Numbered from the stretch's first letter, positions 27,169 through 37,665 are shown. The stretch is 64,000 nucleotides of DNA from Acidobacteriota bacterium (GCA_965263035.1 OZ253580.1:3520001-3584000); one strand, 5' to 3'. Made by a program: numbers and translations. The notes: generated by a model from the sequence alone, not told the origin.

Positions 27169-28506
27169 TTATCGAGGATCGGCCGCAAGGGAGGCCAGCG
27201 TCTCATCCGCGGCTTGCAGCGTTTTCCGGATGTCCGCGTCGGAGTGGGTTGCCGAGACGAAGTTGGCCTCGAACTGGGAAGGCGCCGTGTAGATGCCACG
27301 ATCCAGCATCCGGCGGAAAAAAGCGGCGAAACGCTGGAGGTCGCAGGCCTTGGCCTCGGCGAATCCGGTGACCGGTTCCTCCCGGTGAAACGGCGTGAAC
27401 ATGGAGCCGCACCGCTGGACCTGAAGGGGGATTGAATGGCGGCCGGCCGCCTCTCTCAATCCCCGGCAGAGGTTGGACGCCCTCTCCTCCATGGCGTCGT
27501 AGGGGCGGTCCCGTTCCAGGATCTCCAGCGTCTTCAGGCCGGCGGCCACGGCAATGGGGTTCCCGGAAAGAGTCCCCGCCTGGTAGACGGAGCCCTGGGG
27601 AGCCATCAGGTCCATGATTTCCTTGCGCCCGCCGTAGGCGCCGATGGGCAGTCCGCCTCCCACCACCTTGCCCAGGCAGGTTATGGGAGCCGTCAGCGAA
27701 AATCGTTCCTGAGCCCCTCCCAACGCCAGCCGGAATCCGGTGATCACTTCATCGAAGATGACCACGGCGCCGTGAGCTTCGCCCAGCTCCAACACGCCCT
27801 GCAGAAATCCCTCGTGGGGGAGCAGCACCCCCATGTTGGCGGGCACCGGCTCCAGGATGACGGCCGCGATCTGATCGGGATAGGCGGCGAATGCGTCTTC
27901 CAGCCGGTCGAGATCGTTGAAGGGAAGGGTCAGCGTCTCTCGCGCATAGCCCTCGGGGACGCCGGGGCTGTCCGCCAGCCCCAGGGTCAGGACTCCAGAT
28001 CCGGCCTGGACCAGCAGGCCATCGGAGTGTCCGTGGTAGCAACCGTCGAATTTCACCACCAGGGAACGGCCGGCATAGGCTCGGGCCAGCCGCAACGCGG
28101 TCATGGTGGCCTCGGTGCCCGAGTTGACCAGTCTCACCTTCTCGATGGAGGGAAACAGATCGCAGATCTTCTCTGCCAGCAGCACTTCTCCCTCGGTGGG
28201 CGCTCCGTAGCTGGTGCCCCGTTGGGCTGCTTCGGTCACCGCCTGGACGACTTCGGGGCGGGCATGTCCCAGGATCAGAGGGCCCCAGGAGCCCAGATAG
28301 TCCACGTAGCGGTTGCCGTCCACGTCCACCACCTGGGACCCGTGCCCTGACCGCAGGAAGGGAGGACTCCCCCCCACCGCCTTGAAGGCCCGTACGGGAC
28401 TGTTGACGCCCCCCGGCATGACCTGCCGGGCCCGATCCATCAAGGCAGTGCTTTCAGCGTTGGCCTGAAGCCTGCCCGCTTCCGACGAGTCGTTCCGGTA
28501 ATTCAA
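27169..28506 (-). CDS. hemL: Glutamate-1-semialdehyde 2,1-aminomutase
   Basis: PGGVNSPVRAF, NSGTEAT, GCYHGHSD, FDEVITGFR, GKVVGGGLP, YQAGTLSGNP. Start uncertain (TTG 28506 chosen). Confidence 0.95.
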   Translation of the reverse strand: MNYRNDSSEAGRLQANAESTALMDRARQVMPGGVNSPVRAFKAVGGSPPFLRSGHGSQVVDVDGNRYVDYLGSWGPLILGHARPEVVQAVTEAAQRGTSYGAPTEGEVLLAEKICDLFPSIEKVRLVNSGTEATMTALRLARAYAGRSLVVKFDGCYHGHSDGLLVQAGSGVLTLGLADSPGVPEGYARETLTLPFNDLDRLEDAFAAYPDQIAAVILEPVPANMGVLLPHEGFLQGVLELGEAHGAVVIFDEVITGFRLALGGAQERFSLTAPITCLGKVVGGGLPIGAYGGRKEIMDLMAPQGSVYQAGTLSGNPIAVAAGLKTLEILERDRPYDAMEERASNLCRGLREAAGRHSIPLQVQRCGSMFTPFHREEPVTGFAEAKACDLQRFAAFFRRMLDRGIYTAPSQFEANFVSATHSDADIRKTLQAADETLASLAADPR

Positions 28507-28526
28507 GGATGTCCCCCTGGTTTCTC

Positions 28527-29525
28527 CTATTCGTTCCAATCGCCGCGTCGAATCCTTTCGGCCACCTCGCATGCGAAATAGGTCAGCAGGATATCGGCCC
28601 CTGCTCGGCGGATCGAAAGCAAGGTTTCCCTCACGGTCTGGTCCCGATTCAACCAACCCTGGGAGAAGGCCGCGCAGAGCGCGCTGTATTCTCCGCTCAC
28701 CTGGTACGCGGCCACCGGTACTTCGGACATCCGGCGGACCCGGTGGATGATGTCCAGGTAGGGCAGAGCCGGTTTCACCATGACCATGTCGGCCCCTTCT
28801 TCCAGATCCAGGCGAACCTCCCGGACGGCCTCGCGGGCATTTGCCGGATCCATCTGGTAACTCTTCCGATCGCCGAAACTGGGGGCCGACTCGGCCGCTT
28901 CCCGGAAAGGACCGTAGTAGGCGGAGGCATACTTGGCCGCATAGGAGAGTATGGCCGTCTCCTGGAAGCCTTCCGAGTCGAGGCTCATGCGGATGGCTGC
29001 CACCCTTCCGTCCATCATGTCCGACGGAGCCACCACGTGGGCGCCCGCCCGCGCATAGGCCAGGGCCTCTTTGGAGAGCAGTTCGAGAGTGCCGTCGTTG
29101 TCGACGCGGGGAGGATCGTCCAGCAGGCGGCCGCAGTGCCCATGGTCGGTGTACTCGCAGAGGCAGACGTCCGCGATCAGCAGCAGGTCCGCCACTTTTT
29201 CCCTGGCTTCCCGGAGAGCCCGGCAGATGAGCCCGTCCTCCCGGTATCCCGGGGTTCCCAGTGCGTCCTTCTCCGACGGTTCCGGGACTCCGAAGAGCAT
29301 CACTCCGGCGATCTCCAGTTCCCGGACCCGTTCCAGCTCCTGGACCAGAAGGTCCACCGAGTACCGGAACTGTCCCGGCATGGACGGGATTTCCTCCCGG
29401 ACGCCCTGTCCCTCGCGAACGAACATGGGATAGATCAACTGTCCCGGCTCGAGGCGGGTCTCCCGGACCATGCGGCGCAATCGGGGACTGGCTCGAAGGC
29501 GGCGGGGACGAATGGCGAGTGTCAT
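28527..29525 (-). CDS. hemB: Porphobilinogen synthase (Zn-type)
   Basis: RPRRLR, DVCLCEYTDHGHCG, APSDMMDGR, YGPFREA, MVKPALPYLD, YQVSGEY. Confidence 0.96.
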   Translation of the reverse strand: MTLAIRPRRLRASPRLRRMVRETRLEPGQLIYPMFVREGQGVREEIPSMPGQFRYSVDLLVQELERVRELEIAGVMLFGVPEPSEKDALGTPGYREDGLICRALREAREKVADLLLIADVCLCEYTDHGHCGRLLDDPPRVDNDGTLELLSKEALAYARAGAHVVAPSDMMDGRVAAIRMSLDSEGFQETAILSYAAKYASAYYGPFREAAESAPSFGDRKSYQMDPANAREAVREVRLDLEEGADMVMVKPALPYLDIIHRVRRMSEVPVAAYQVSGEYSALCAAFSQGWLNRDQTVRETLLSIRRAGADILLTYFACEVAERIRRGDWNE

Positions 29526-29566
29526 GGGAGATCCGGTTTCAGCCCGACTGGGGACGGCACCTGGAG

Positions 29567-29639
29567 TGGCGGTGGAGGGACTCGAACCCCCGACTCGGCG
29601 GATATGAGCCGCCTGCTCTGACCACTGAGCTACACCGCC
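29567..29639 (-). tRNA. tRNA-Met(CAT), elongator type, CCA not encoded
   Basis: Reverse complement GGCGGTGTAGCTCAGTGGTCAGAGCAGGCGGCTCATATCCGCCGAGTCGGGGGTTCGAGTCCCTCCACCGCCA, followed by CT; G1-C72 paired acceptor stem. Confidence 0.92.
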
Positions 29640-29650
29640 AGCGGCGATCG

Positions 29651-29680
29651 AATATAACTGAACCGACGGCGCCATATCAA
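29651..29680 (-). promoter_or_regulatory. sigma70-type promoter of tRNA-Met(-hemB-hemL)
   Basis: TTGATA - 18 bp - TATATT, 11 bp upstream of the tRNA. Confidence 0.6.
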
Positions 29681-29726
29681 CGCGGCCGGGGCGGTCGATT
29701 CGGCGCTCCTGCGGACTGGACCAGGC

Positions 29727-30986
29727 TCAGACGGCGGCTGAGGCCTCGGTCAGGGCTTCTTCCCGGGACTCGTACCACTGCCGGAAGACCATGAGGTTCG
29801 GGCGCATCACCGTCGCGATCTGGGCGTTCCCCATGAGGATGTCCTGGCTCTTGTACCCGTTGCCCGTGATCGCCACCACCACCGATTCGTCGGGCCGGAT
29901 CCGGTTCTGGCGGAGAAGCTTGATGGTGACCGCCAAGGTGGTCCCTCCGGCCGGTTCGGTGAAGACTCCCTCGGTCTCGGCCAGAAGGCGGATGGCGGCC
30001 AGGATCTCCTCATCTTCGGCCATCTCACCCCAGCCGCCCGATTGACGGACGTCTTGCAGCACGTAGGGGCCGTCGGCCGGGTCGCCGATGGCGATGGACT
30101 TGGCCACGGTGTTCGGTTTCTCGGGATTGATGTAGTCAAGTCCCTGATGGAGGGCCCGGATCACGGGCGCGCAGCCGGCTGCCTGGGCGCAGTGGATCTT
30201 GGTGTGCCCGTCGGCCCAGCCTAGTTGCACCACCTCGTCGAGAGCTTTGACGACCCGGGGAAGAAGGGTTCCCCCGGCCGTGGGAAGGACCAGGTGGTCG
30301 GGGAGGCGCCAGCCCAACTGTTCCACGATCTCGTAGCCCAAGGTCTTGGCCCCTTCAGTGTAGTAGGGCCTGAGGTTCACGTTGACGAAACCCCATCCGT
30401 AGTGGTCGCCGATTTCGGCACAAAGCCGGTTCACGTCGTCGTAGTTGCCCTCCAGGCCCACGAGTTCGGGACCATGGATGAGCGACCCGAGGATCTTGCC
30501 GGGTTCCGTCGTCGTGGGTATGAAGATGAGGCAGGGAAGACCGGTCCGGGCGCAGTGGGCCGCCACCGAATTGCCGAGATTGCCTGTGGACGCACAGGAG
30601 AAGACCTCGTATCCCAACTCTCTCCCCCGGCTCAGGGCGATGGAGACGACTCGGTCCTTGTATGAGAAGCTGGGATGATTGACCGAATCGTCCTTGAGAT
30701 AGAGTTCCTTCAGGCCCAGCCGGCGGGCCAGCCGGTCCGCCCGAATCAGGGGAGTGAAGCCGGTGTGGAAGCCGGTCAACGGCGCTCCATCCAAGGGCAG
30801 CAACTCCCGGTAGCGCCATAGATTCGGGGACCGCCCGGCGATCTTGCGGGGGTCCAGATTGGCCCCGATCTTCTCGTAGTCGTACCGGACCTCCAGGGGA
30901 CCGAAGCACTCCAGACAGATGAAGCTTCGATCCGCGGGGTAGCGGTGTCCGCACTCCTTGCAGCGCAGACCTGTCACGTAACTCAT
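29727..30986 (-). CDS. thrC: Threonine synthase-like PLP enzyme
   Basis: N-terminal CxxC..CxxC, PSFSYKDR (PLP lysine), ASTGNLGNS, EGAKTLGYE, TEPAGG, TGNGYK. Confidence 0.88.
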   Translation of the reverse strand: MSYVTGLRCKECGHRYPADRSFICLECFGPLEVRYDYEKIGANLDPRKIAGRSPNLWRYRELLPLDGAPLTGFHTGFTPLIRADRLARRLGLKELYLKDDSVNHPSFSYKDRVVSIALSRGRELGYEVFSCASTGNLGNSVAAHCARTGLPCLIFIPTTTEPGKILGSLIHGPELVGLEGNYDDVNRLCAEIGDHYGWGFVNVNLRPYYTEGAKTLGYEIVEQLGWRLPDHLVLPTAGGTLLPRVVKALDEVVQLGWADGHTKIHCAQAAGCAPVIRALHQGLDYINPEKPNTVAKSIAIGDPADGPYVLQDVRQSGGWGEMAEDEEILAAIRLLAETEGVFTEPAGGTTLAVTIKLLRQNRIRPDESVVVAITGNGYKSQDILMGNAQIATVMRPNLMVFRQWYESREEALTEASAAV

Positions 30987-31033
30987 CCTGCTTCCCCTTT
31001 CCCCTGTCCTGGCACGACGGAGGGCCCAACAAC

Positions 31034-31064
31034 AAAAAAAGCCCTTTCCCGCTGAGAAAGGGCT
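31034..31064 (-). terminator. Intrinsic terminator, expression platform of the SAM riboswitch
   Basis: AGCCCTTTCTCAGCGGGAAAGGGCTTTTTTT on the minus strand, between the aptamer and the thrC start. Confidence 0.85.
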
Positions 31065-31078
31065 ACCGCGCAACCGGG

Positions 31079-31189
31079 CTTATCTTTCAGACAAGCGGGC
31101 AAACCCGTCTGCGGGAATGGGCACCGTACCATTCAAGGGCCGGTTGCCGTGACATCCTAGGGCCCGATCCCTCCGTCACTCTGGATAAG
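31079..31189 (-). ncRNA. SAM-I riboswitch aptamer
   Basis: CTTATCCAGAG..GAGGGATCGGGCCC..GGCAACC..GGTGCCCATTCCCGCAG..CTGAAAGATAAG; P1 CTTATC/GATAAG and all S-box hallmarks. Confidence 0.92.
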
Positions 31190-31204
31190 AAACAAGAACA
31201 TGGA

Positions 31205-31234
31205 ATAATAGGTCGGCGCCCACGCAATTGTCAA
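31205..31234 (-). promoter_or_regulatory. sigma70-type promoter driving the SAM riboswitch and thrC
   Basis: TTGACA - 18 bp - TATTAT, just upstream of the aptamer. Confidence 0.75.
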
Positions 31235-31313
31235 GAGCGGCTTCCGTTTGGAGGGAGGAACTTCACCTGCCGGCTCCTCTTGATCCGGGCCGCAGCAGTC
31301 GTCGAGCAGCGCG

Positions 31314-32741
31314 ATGGACCTCTTCGTGTCGGCAGTCTGGGACACCATCAAACGGTTTTCTCTGCTGAAGCCGGGTGATTCGGTGCTGTGCGCGGTCTCA
31401 GGCGGGCCCGACTCGGTGGCGCTGCTCCTGACCCTCAAGGAATTGAGGCTCGAGTGGCCGCTTTCGCTCTCGGTCGTCCACGTGAATCACCGGCTTCGGG
31501 GAGCCGAATCCGATAGGGATGCGAGCTTCGTAAAAACGCTCTGCCGGCAGATGGAGATCCCACTCCACGTCCGATCGCACCGGCTGAAGGTGGGCCCGGG
31601 TGAGAATCTTCAAGATCGGGCCCGGACGGTCCGCTATCGGTTCCTCTTCGAGATCGCGGCGGCCGGCGGGTCCGTCGTGGCCACCGGGCACAATCTCCGG
31701 GATCAGGCCGAGACCTTTCTATTGAAGCTGGCGCGCGGTTCCGGTCCCATGGGATTGTCGGGGATCTTCCCGGCGCGGGAGATTTTTCCTCACGGACCGG
31801 AAGAGAGCCCGGTCCGCGTGGTCCGTCCGTTGCTGGAGAGTGACCGGGAAGATATCCTGGACTTCCTCGAGCGCCGAGGGCAGCCTTACCGGGAGGATTC
31901 CAGTAACCAGAACCTCCGATACGATCGCAATTGGGTCCGCCACCACCTGATTCCCGACATGAGCACCCGTCTGAACCCGGCTCTGATTCCGACCCTGGGA
32001 CGGTCCGCCCGGCTCTTCCGGGAGGTGGGAGAGTTCCTGGAAGACGAGGGGCGAAAGGCGTTTGAGTCGTGCCGGGAGACGGAGGACCGCCGCGCCGGCG
32101 GGGTCAGGCTCAAGGTGGAGACGCTTCTCGGTCTGGCCCCGGCTCTCAGAAAAGAGGTGATCCGGCATGCGGTGAGAACCTGCAAGGGGAATCTCCGGGG
32201 CCTGGGCCTGGATCACGTCGACCGGGTTCTGGGCTTGGTCTCCGGACGAAGCGGACGGAGGATCCACCTGCCGGGGGAAATCGAGGCCAGCCTCGAATTC
32301 GACCACTTGAGACTGGCAAGGCAGGTTCCGCCGGTCCGGTTCAGTCACCGGCTTCCGGTTCCCGGAGAGGTGGCCATCCCGGAGACGGGCCGGCACGTGG
32401 TCTGCCGCCGTCTGACGGCGCCCGCCGGAGATACGGGCCAAGTGCTGCTTCGTTTCCCAGGATCCAGTCTGACGGTGCGGAACCGTTTGGAGGGGGACCG
32501 GTATCCGAGTCCGAGCGGGAAGAAGCTGAAGCGGCTCTTCCTGCAGCACCGCATCCCCAGGAGCGCCCGCGACACCCTGGTGGTGGTGGAGGACGAAGGC
32601 CGCCTGCTCTGGGTGGAGGGTCTTCCCGCGGACCCCCGGGTTCTGGCCGGTCCGGGCGAGAAGGAGGCTGTCCTGATTCACATACTGGATGAACCCCATG
32701 CCGTGTCGATGGAACCCGGCAGAAGTAGCCGTCGTCTATAG
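31314..32741 (+). CDS. tilS: tRNA(Ile)-lysidine synthetase
   Basis: AVSGGPDS, HVNHRLRG, TGHNLRDQAET, VRPLL, DSSN..RNWVRH, C-terminal KKLKRLF..IPR. Confidence 0.95.
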   Translation: MDLFVSAVWDTIKRFSLLKPGDSVLCAVSGGPDSVALLLTLKELRLEWPLSLSVVHVNHRLRGAESDRDASFVKTLCRQMEIPLHVRSHRLKVGPGENLQDRARTVRYRFLFEIAAAGGSVVATGHNLRDQAETFLLKLARGSGPMGLSGIFPAREIFPHGPEESPVRVVRPLLESDREDILDFLERRGQPYREDSSNQNLRYDRNWVRHHLIPDMSTRLNPALIPTLGRSARLFREVGEFLEDEGRKAFESCRETEDRRAGGVRLKVETLLGLAPALRKEVIRHAVRTCKGNLRGLGLDHVDRVLGLVSGRSGRRIHLPGEIEASLEFDHLRLARQVPPVRFSHRLPVPGEVAIPETGRHVVCRRLTAPAGDTGQVLLRFPGSSLTVRNRLEGDRYPSPSGKKLKRLFLQHRIPRSARDTLVVVEDEGRLLWVEGLPADPRVLAGPGEKEAVLIHILDEPHAVSMEPGRSSRRL

Positions 32742-32861
32742 AGGAGCGTCGCTGGAACCCTGCGGACCATGATGAAACAATCGGCGGGCGTGTTCAGACC
32801 CAGGGTATTTCCCTATAATGGATAATGTGTCTGAAATAGTTGCGCCGCTGGAGGTCCAGTC

Positions 32862-34805
32862 TTGAACACTACCGCAAGGAGCATCTTTCTCTGGGTGGTC
32901 GTCATCGTGGCGGTGGTCGCTCTCTGGCAGTTCCTGAGCCAAGTCAAGAGCAGCGAAGTGGACCAGTTCAACTATTCCGAGTTCACTCGCAAGCTCACCG
33001 ACGGCGAGATTCAGCAGATCACCATGACCGGCAACAAGGTGGAGGGGAAGTATCTTTCCGCCGGATCCGACACACTCCGATCTTTCCGGGTCATCATCCC
33101 CAAGGGCTCGGAAGAGACCATCGCCAACCAACTGGACGCGAAAGGGGTCGAGGTCGAGGTCAACGAGAGCGAGCAGAGTTCATGGATCTACGTGATCTTG
33201 ACCTCCTGGTTTCCCATCATCCTTTTCCTGGCCTTCTGGATCTTCCTGATGCGTCAGATGCAGAGCGGCGGGAACAAAGCCCTGTCATTCGGCAAGAGCC
33301 GCGCCCGTCTTTCGAACAGCCAGCAGAAGAAGGTGACCTTCAAGGACGTGGCCGGCGTGGAGGAGGCCAAGGAAGAACTTCAGGAGATCATCGACTTTCT
33401 CAAGGAGCCCCAGAAATTCCAGAAGTTGGGGGGGCGACTTCCCAGGGGCGTGCTTCTGATGGGGCCTCCGGGAACGGGCAAGACCCTGCTGGCGCGGGCC
33501 ATCGCCGGCGAAGCCAGTGTGCCGTTCTTCAGCATCAGCGGTTCCGATTTCGTCGAGATGTTCGTGGGCGTGGGGGCCAGCCGGGTTCGAGACCTCTTCG
33601 AACAGGGGAAGAAGAACGCCCCTTGCATCATCTTCATCGATGAGATCGACGCCGTGGGCCGCCACCGGGGCGCCGGTCTGGGCGGCGGGCACGACGAGCG
33701 GGAGCAGACCCTGAACCAGCTCCTGGTGGAGATGGACGGTTTCGAGTCCAACGAAGGCGTCATCCTGATCGCGGCGACGAACCGCCCGGATGTGCTGGAC
33801 CCGGCACTGTTGCGTCCTGGAAGATTCGACCGGCAGGTGGTGGTCACTTTGCCGGACATCAAGGGCCGTGACGCCATCCTCAAGGTCCACATCCGGAAGA
33901 CCCCGCTGGCTGAAGACGTAGACCTCTCGGTGCTGGCCCGGGGAACCCCCGGGTTTTCGGGCGCCCAACTGGCCAACCTGGTCAACGAGGCGGCTCTCAA
34001 CGCGGCGCGATACGACCGCAAGGCCGTCAATATGGAGGACTTCGAGCAGGCCAAGGACAAGGTGCTCATGGGCAAGGAGCGCAAGTCCATGATCATGAAC
34101 GCCACGGAAAAGCGGAGCACCGCATTCCACGAGGCGGGGCACGCCCTCGTCGCCTACAAGCTGCCCGACGCCGATCCGCTGCACAAGGTCACCATCATTC
34201 CTCGTGGCCGCGCCCTCGGCGTTACCATGCAGTTGCCCGAGGAGGACAAGTACAACTACACCAAGGAATACATGGAGTCCTCCATCACCATTCTCATGGG
34301 TGGACGGGTGGCGGAGCTGATCTTCCTGGGAAGTTGTACCACCGGAGCGTCGAACGACCTGGAGCGATCCACCGACCTGGCCCGCAAGATGGTGTGCGAG
34401 TGGGGCATGAGCGAGGCGATGGGCCCCCTCACCTTTGGCAAGAAGGAAGAGCAGATCTTCCTGGGCCGGGAAATTGCCCAGCACCAGGACTACAGCGAGC
34501 AGACCGCCGTCAAGATCGACAAGGAGGTCGAGCGGCTGGTCCTGCACAGCTACGCCAGGGCCAAGGTGATCCTGGAGGCCAATCGGACGCCGTTGATCCG
34601 GCTGGCGGAGACGTTGCTGGAGTTCGAGACCCTGGACGGAGAAGAAGTCGAAGCCGTCGTCAAGGGCCGGAAGATCCGCCTTCCCGCGAAGAAGCCAACG
34701 CCTCCGGCCCAGATTGAGGCGGAGGAGCCTGCCGAGCGGCAGGAGAAGGCCGCTTCCTCCCTGCCTTCCCTGGTGAAACCGGAAGAGCGTCCGGCAACAG
34801 CCTGA
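32862..34805 (+). CDS. ftsH: ATP-dependent zinc metalloprotease FtsH
   Basis: Two TMs, [30 protein letters not shown]; TATAAT at 32814-32819. Confidence 0.97.
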   Translation: MNTTARSIFLWVVVIVAVVALWQFLSQVKSSEVDQFNYSEFTRKLTDGEIQQITMTGNKVEGKYLSAGSDTLRSFRVIIPKGSEETIANQLDAKGVEVEVNESEQSSWIYVILTSWFPIILFLAFWIFLMRQMQSGGNKALSFGKSRARLSNSQQKKVTFKDVAGVEEAKEELQEIIDFLKEPQKFQKLGGRLPRGVLLMGPPGTGKTLLARAIAGEASVPFFSISGSDFVEMFVGVGASRVRDLFEQGKKNAPCIIFIDEIDAVGRHRGAGLGGGHDEREQTLNQLLVEMDGFESNEGVILIAATNRPDVLDPALLRPGRFDRQVVVTLPDIKGRDAILKVHIRKTPLAEDVDLSVLARGTPGFSGAQLANLVNEAALNAARYDRKAVNMEDFEQAKDKVLMGKERKSMIMNATEKRSTAFHEAGHALVAYKLPDADPLHKVTIIPRGRALGVTMQLPEEDKYNYTKEYMESSITILMGGRVAELIFLGSCTTGASNDLERSTDLARKMVCEWGMSEAMGPLTFGKKEEQIFLGREIAQHQDYSEQTAVKIDKEVERLVLHSYARAKVILEANRTPLIRLAETLLEFETLDGEEVEAVVKGRKIRLPAKKPTPPAQIEAEEPAERQEKAASSLPSLVKPEERPATA

Positions 34806-34895
34806 TTCCTTCCAGCCGCTCCCGGCAGGGCGAGCGTGCAGTCTGGAGACGCGCCGGTTTTTTTCTCCCGTCGGCGCCAGCCCCATTTTTCTTGC

Positions 34896-35789
34896 ATGCG
34901 AGAAAGTCGGCCAGAAAGCGCAATCGGAAACGGCCGGAAATACTTCACGCTGAGAGCCCGGGACAGGAGTCTGGAGTTGGGTCCAACTACCCGGACCATG
35001 GCGGTGATCAACGTCACCCCCGACTCCTTTTTCGACGGCGGCAAGTTCCTCGATCCGAACAGAGCCGTGGACCGTTGTCTGGAGTTGGCGGACCAGGGCG
35101 CGGACATTTTAGACATCGGCGGCGAGTCCACCCGCCCGGGCGTGTCTCCGATCTCGGCCGAAGAAGAGTTGGACCGAGTGCTGCCGGTCCTGGAGGGAAT
35201 CCGAGGCCGGACTTCCTGTCTCGTCTCCATCGACACCTACAAGTCGCAGGTGGCTCGGGCGTCCCTGGACGCAGGCGCCCATATCGTCAACAACGTCGGC
35301 GCGCTGCAGTTGGATCCGGATGTGGCCGAGATTGCGGGAAGGACCGGTGCCGCCATCGTGCTCATGCACATGCGGGGAACACCGCGAACCATGCAGACCC
35401 TGCCTCCCAGCCGGGACATTCTGAAGGAGATCGAGCAGAGTCTGGCCCACGCGGTGGACCTTGCGGACGGCCACGGGATTTCTCGTGATAGAATCATTCT
35501 CGACCCCGGAATCGGGTTTGGTAAAACAGTAGAAGACAACCTCAAGGTTCTGAATCGGTTATCGCGGTTGGGCAAGCTCCGGTTGCCGATTCTGGTGGGT
35601 ACGTCCCGAAAGAGCTTTCTCGGCAAAATCCTCGACCTCCCGGTGCAGGAGAGGCTGCTGGCCACGGCGGCTTCGGTGGTCATGGCGGTGGTCAGAGGAG
35701 CCCACATCGTGAGGGTCCACGATCTGAATGAGATGGTCTACGCGCTCCGCATAGCCGACTCGATACTGGGTGAAAGGAGAATCAGCTGA
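34896..35789 (+). CDS. folP: Dihydropteroate synthase
   Basis: INVTPDSFFDGG, DIGGESTRPG, DPGIGFGK, GTSRKSF, VRVHD. Start uncertain. Confidence 0.95.
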   Translation: MRESRPESAIGNGRKYFTLRARDRSLELGPTTRTMAVINVTPDSFFDGGKFLDPNRAVDRCLELADQGADILDIGGESTRPGVSPISAEEELDRVLPVLEGIRGRTSCLVSIDTYKSQVARASLDAGAHIVNNVGALQLDPDVAEIAGRTGAAIVLMHMRGTPRTMQTLPPSRDILKEIEQSLAHAVDLADGHGISRDRIILDPGIGFGKTVEDNLKVLNRLSRLGKLRLPILVGTSRKSFLGKILDLPVQERLLATAASVVMAVVRGAHIVRVHDLNEMVYALRIADSILGERRIS

Positions 35790-35790
35790 G

Positions 35791-36597
35791 GTGGATGCAT
35801 TCTCCACCATTTTTGACCTGGGTGTTCGGGATCTGGTCGACATCCTGGTCGTGGCCGTCCTCATCTACTACATCCTGCTGTTGGTCAAGGGCACCCGCGG
35901 CTTGCAGATCACGCTGGGGGTCATGGGCCTTCTGGTGGTCTACTATCTGGCCCGGGTCTTGGAGCTGCAGATGGTGGAGACCCTGTTCTCCACCTTCTTC
36001 ATCAACTTCATCCTGGCCGCCATCATCATCTATCAGCAGGAGATTCGCCGGGGACTGGCGGCTTTGGGAAGAGGAAGGTTTTTCCGCCCGTGGTTCACGT
36101 CGGCTCAGCGGGCCAACCTAGAGGGATTGATGGCGACGGTGGCCCACTTGTCCCGGAAAAAAACCGGGGCGTTGATGGTTCTGGAGCGGGAAATAGGCCT
36201 CCGCAACTACATCGAGACGGGAATCAAGCTGGACGCCCTGCTCGGACATGACTTGCTGGTGAGCATTTTCACTCCGGCGTGTCCGCTCCACGATGGAGCC
36301 GTGATCGTTCAGGCCGACCGAATCGCCGCGGCGGGCTGTTACCTTCCCCTGACCACCAGCCCGGAGCCTAGTCGTCGTTGGGGCAGCCGTCACCGCGCCG
36401 GCCTCGGGATCTCGGAGGAAACCGACGCCATTTCCATTATCGTCTCCGAGGAGACCGGCCGGATCTCGATTGCGTTCCAGGGAAATCTGATCCAGGACCT
36501 GGAGGGTCCGAAGCTGCTGGCGCTGCTGCGTGAGTTGATGGGAACTCGCCGGAGTCCATCCGCTCAAGCGGCCCAGAGGAGTCCCAAGCCCGCATGA
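35791..36597 (+). CDS. cdaA: Diadenylate cyclase CdaA/DacA
   Basis: Three TMs, YQQEIRRGL, PLHDGAV and GSRHRA catalytic motifs, VSEETG. Alternative start 35770. Confidence 0.93.
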   Translation: MDAFSTIFDLGVRDLVDILVVAVLIYYILLLVKGTRGLQITLGVMGLLVVYYLARVLELQMVETLFSTFFINFILAAIIIYQQEIRRGLAALGRGRFFRPWFTSAQRANLEGLMATVAHLSRKKTGALMVLEREIGLRNYIETGIKLDALLGHDLLVSIFTPACPLHDGAVIVQADRIAAAGCYLPLTTSPEPSRRWGSRHRAGLGISEETDAISIIVSEETGRISIAFQGNLIQDLEGPKLLALLRELMGTRRSPSAQAAQRSPKPA

Positions 36598-37541
36598 CTC
36601 GTCCGCGTCATTGGATCCTGAACAATCCCAGCCTGAAGTTGATCTCTCTGGGCCTTTCCTTTCTGCTCTGGAATCTGTTGGGGGTCAAGGACGAGGTCAT
36701 CCGGGTCGTGACGGTCCCGGTCCAGTTCGTCAACTTGGCGCCGGACCTGGCCATCTCCACCGACTACCAGCGGCAGGTGGAGGTGGCCATCCGTTCGCGC
36801 CGCAGAATCGCCGTCGAGGAGGCAGAAAGCCGAATGTCGGCTGAAATCGATCTCCAGACCATGGTGGCCGGCAACGTCCAGATTTCCCTGACCGAGCGCA
36901 ATATCAGCAACCGTCCGGTCGGTGTGGAGGTCTTGAGCATTGCGCCCAACCCGCTCCAGTTGGAGTTGGAACAGATCCACGACAAGATGGTGGAAGTTCG
37001 GCCCCGGTTGGAGGGTGAGCCGGTGGAAGGGTACGAACTGGTTGAAGTCCTCAACTCACCCCGGCAGGTACGGATATCGGGTGTAGAGGCAGAGTTGGCC
37101 AAGGTTTCCACCATTTCGACCGAACCGTTGGACATTTCCGGTCGTTCCTCGGGGTTCGACGCGGAGGTCGACCTGGACCCACCGAGTCCGCGCCTCAGGA
37201 TCGATAGTGGTTCGCCCGTAATCTTGCAGCTCCTGATCGAGGAAAAAAGACGCAAGCTGACGCTGACCCGTGTCCCCGTGGAATTGGAGCCTCCGAGAGA
37301 CGGGACCAGTCTCGTGACCCGCTCGTTGAAACTGGTCGTGTCGGTGCCCATCTCCTTCGAAGGCGAGGTTTCCAGCACGGATTTTCGGGCCCGGGTGGCG
37401 GCGGACGACCTCCAGCCCAGCCGGCAGCCCTACGAGATTCTTCCCGAAATCGTGACGGTCTCCGAGGTGGAAGACTTGGAAGACCTCTACCGGGTGGAGT
37501 CGATGGAGCCGGAACAAGTCAAGGTCCGGGTCAGGCGTTAG
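36594..37541 (+). CDS. cdaR: YbbR-domain CdaR-like regulator
   Basis: N..LKLISL...LLW N-terminal anchor, repeated beta-rich YbbR-like units; ATGA overlap with cdaA. Confidence 0.82.
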   Translation: MTRPRHWILNNPSLKLISLGLSFLLWNLLGVKDEVIRVVTVPVQFVNLAPDLAISTDYQRQVEVAIRSRRRIAVEEAESRMSAEIDLQTMVAGNVQISLTERNISNRPVGVEVLSIAPNPLQLELEQIHDKMVEVRPRLEGEPVEGYELVEVLNSPRQVRISGVEAELAKVSTISTEPLDISGRSSGFDAEVDLDPPSPRLRIDSGSPVILQLLIEEKRRKLTLTRVPVELEPPRDGTSLVTRSLKLVVSVPISFEGEVSSTDFRARVAADDLQPSRQPYEILPEIVTVSEVEDLEDLYRVESMEPEQVKVRVRR

Positions 37542-37665
37542 CCTGTATTTCCCGCCGCACGCTCTGGGTCCGGGAGACCTCGACGAATCACCGTTCAAGG
37601 AACTGAAGATGAGATCGGTTTCGTTGTATGGCCGGCGATTCGGCAAGTAATGCGGACTAGTTCGA

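Noticed and set aside
29567-29639. CAT-anticodon tRNA as tRNA-Ile2 (TilS substrate) because tilS is nearby, or as initiator tRNA
   Set aside because: The acceptor stem GGCGGTG with paired 1-72 and no GGG/CCC anticodon stem resembles elongator Met. A tRNAscan-SE isotype model would settle it.
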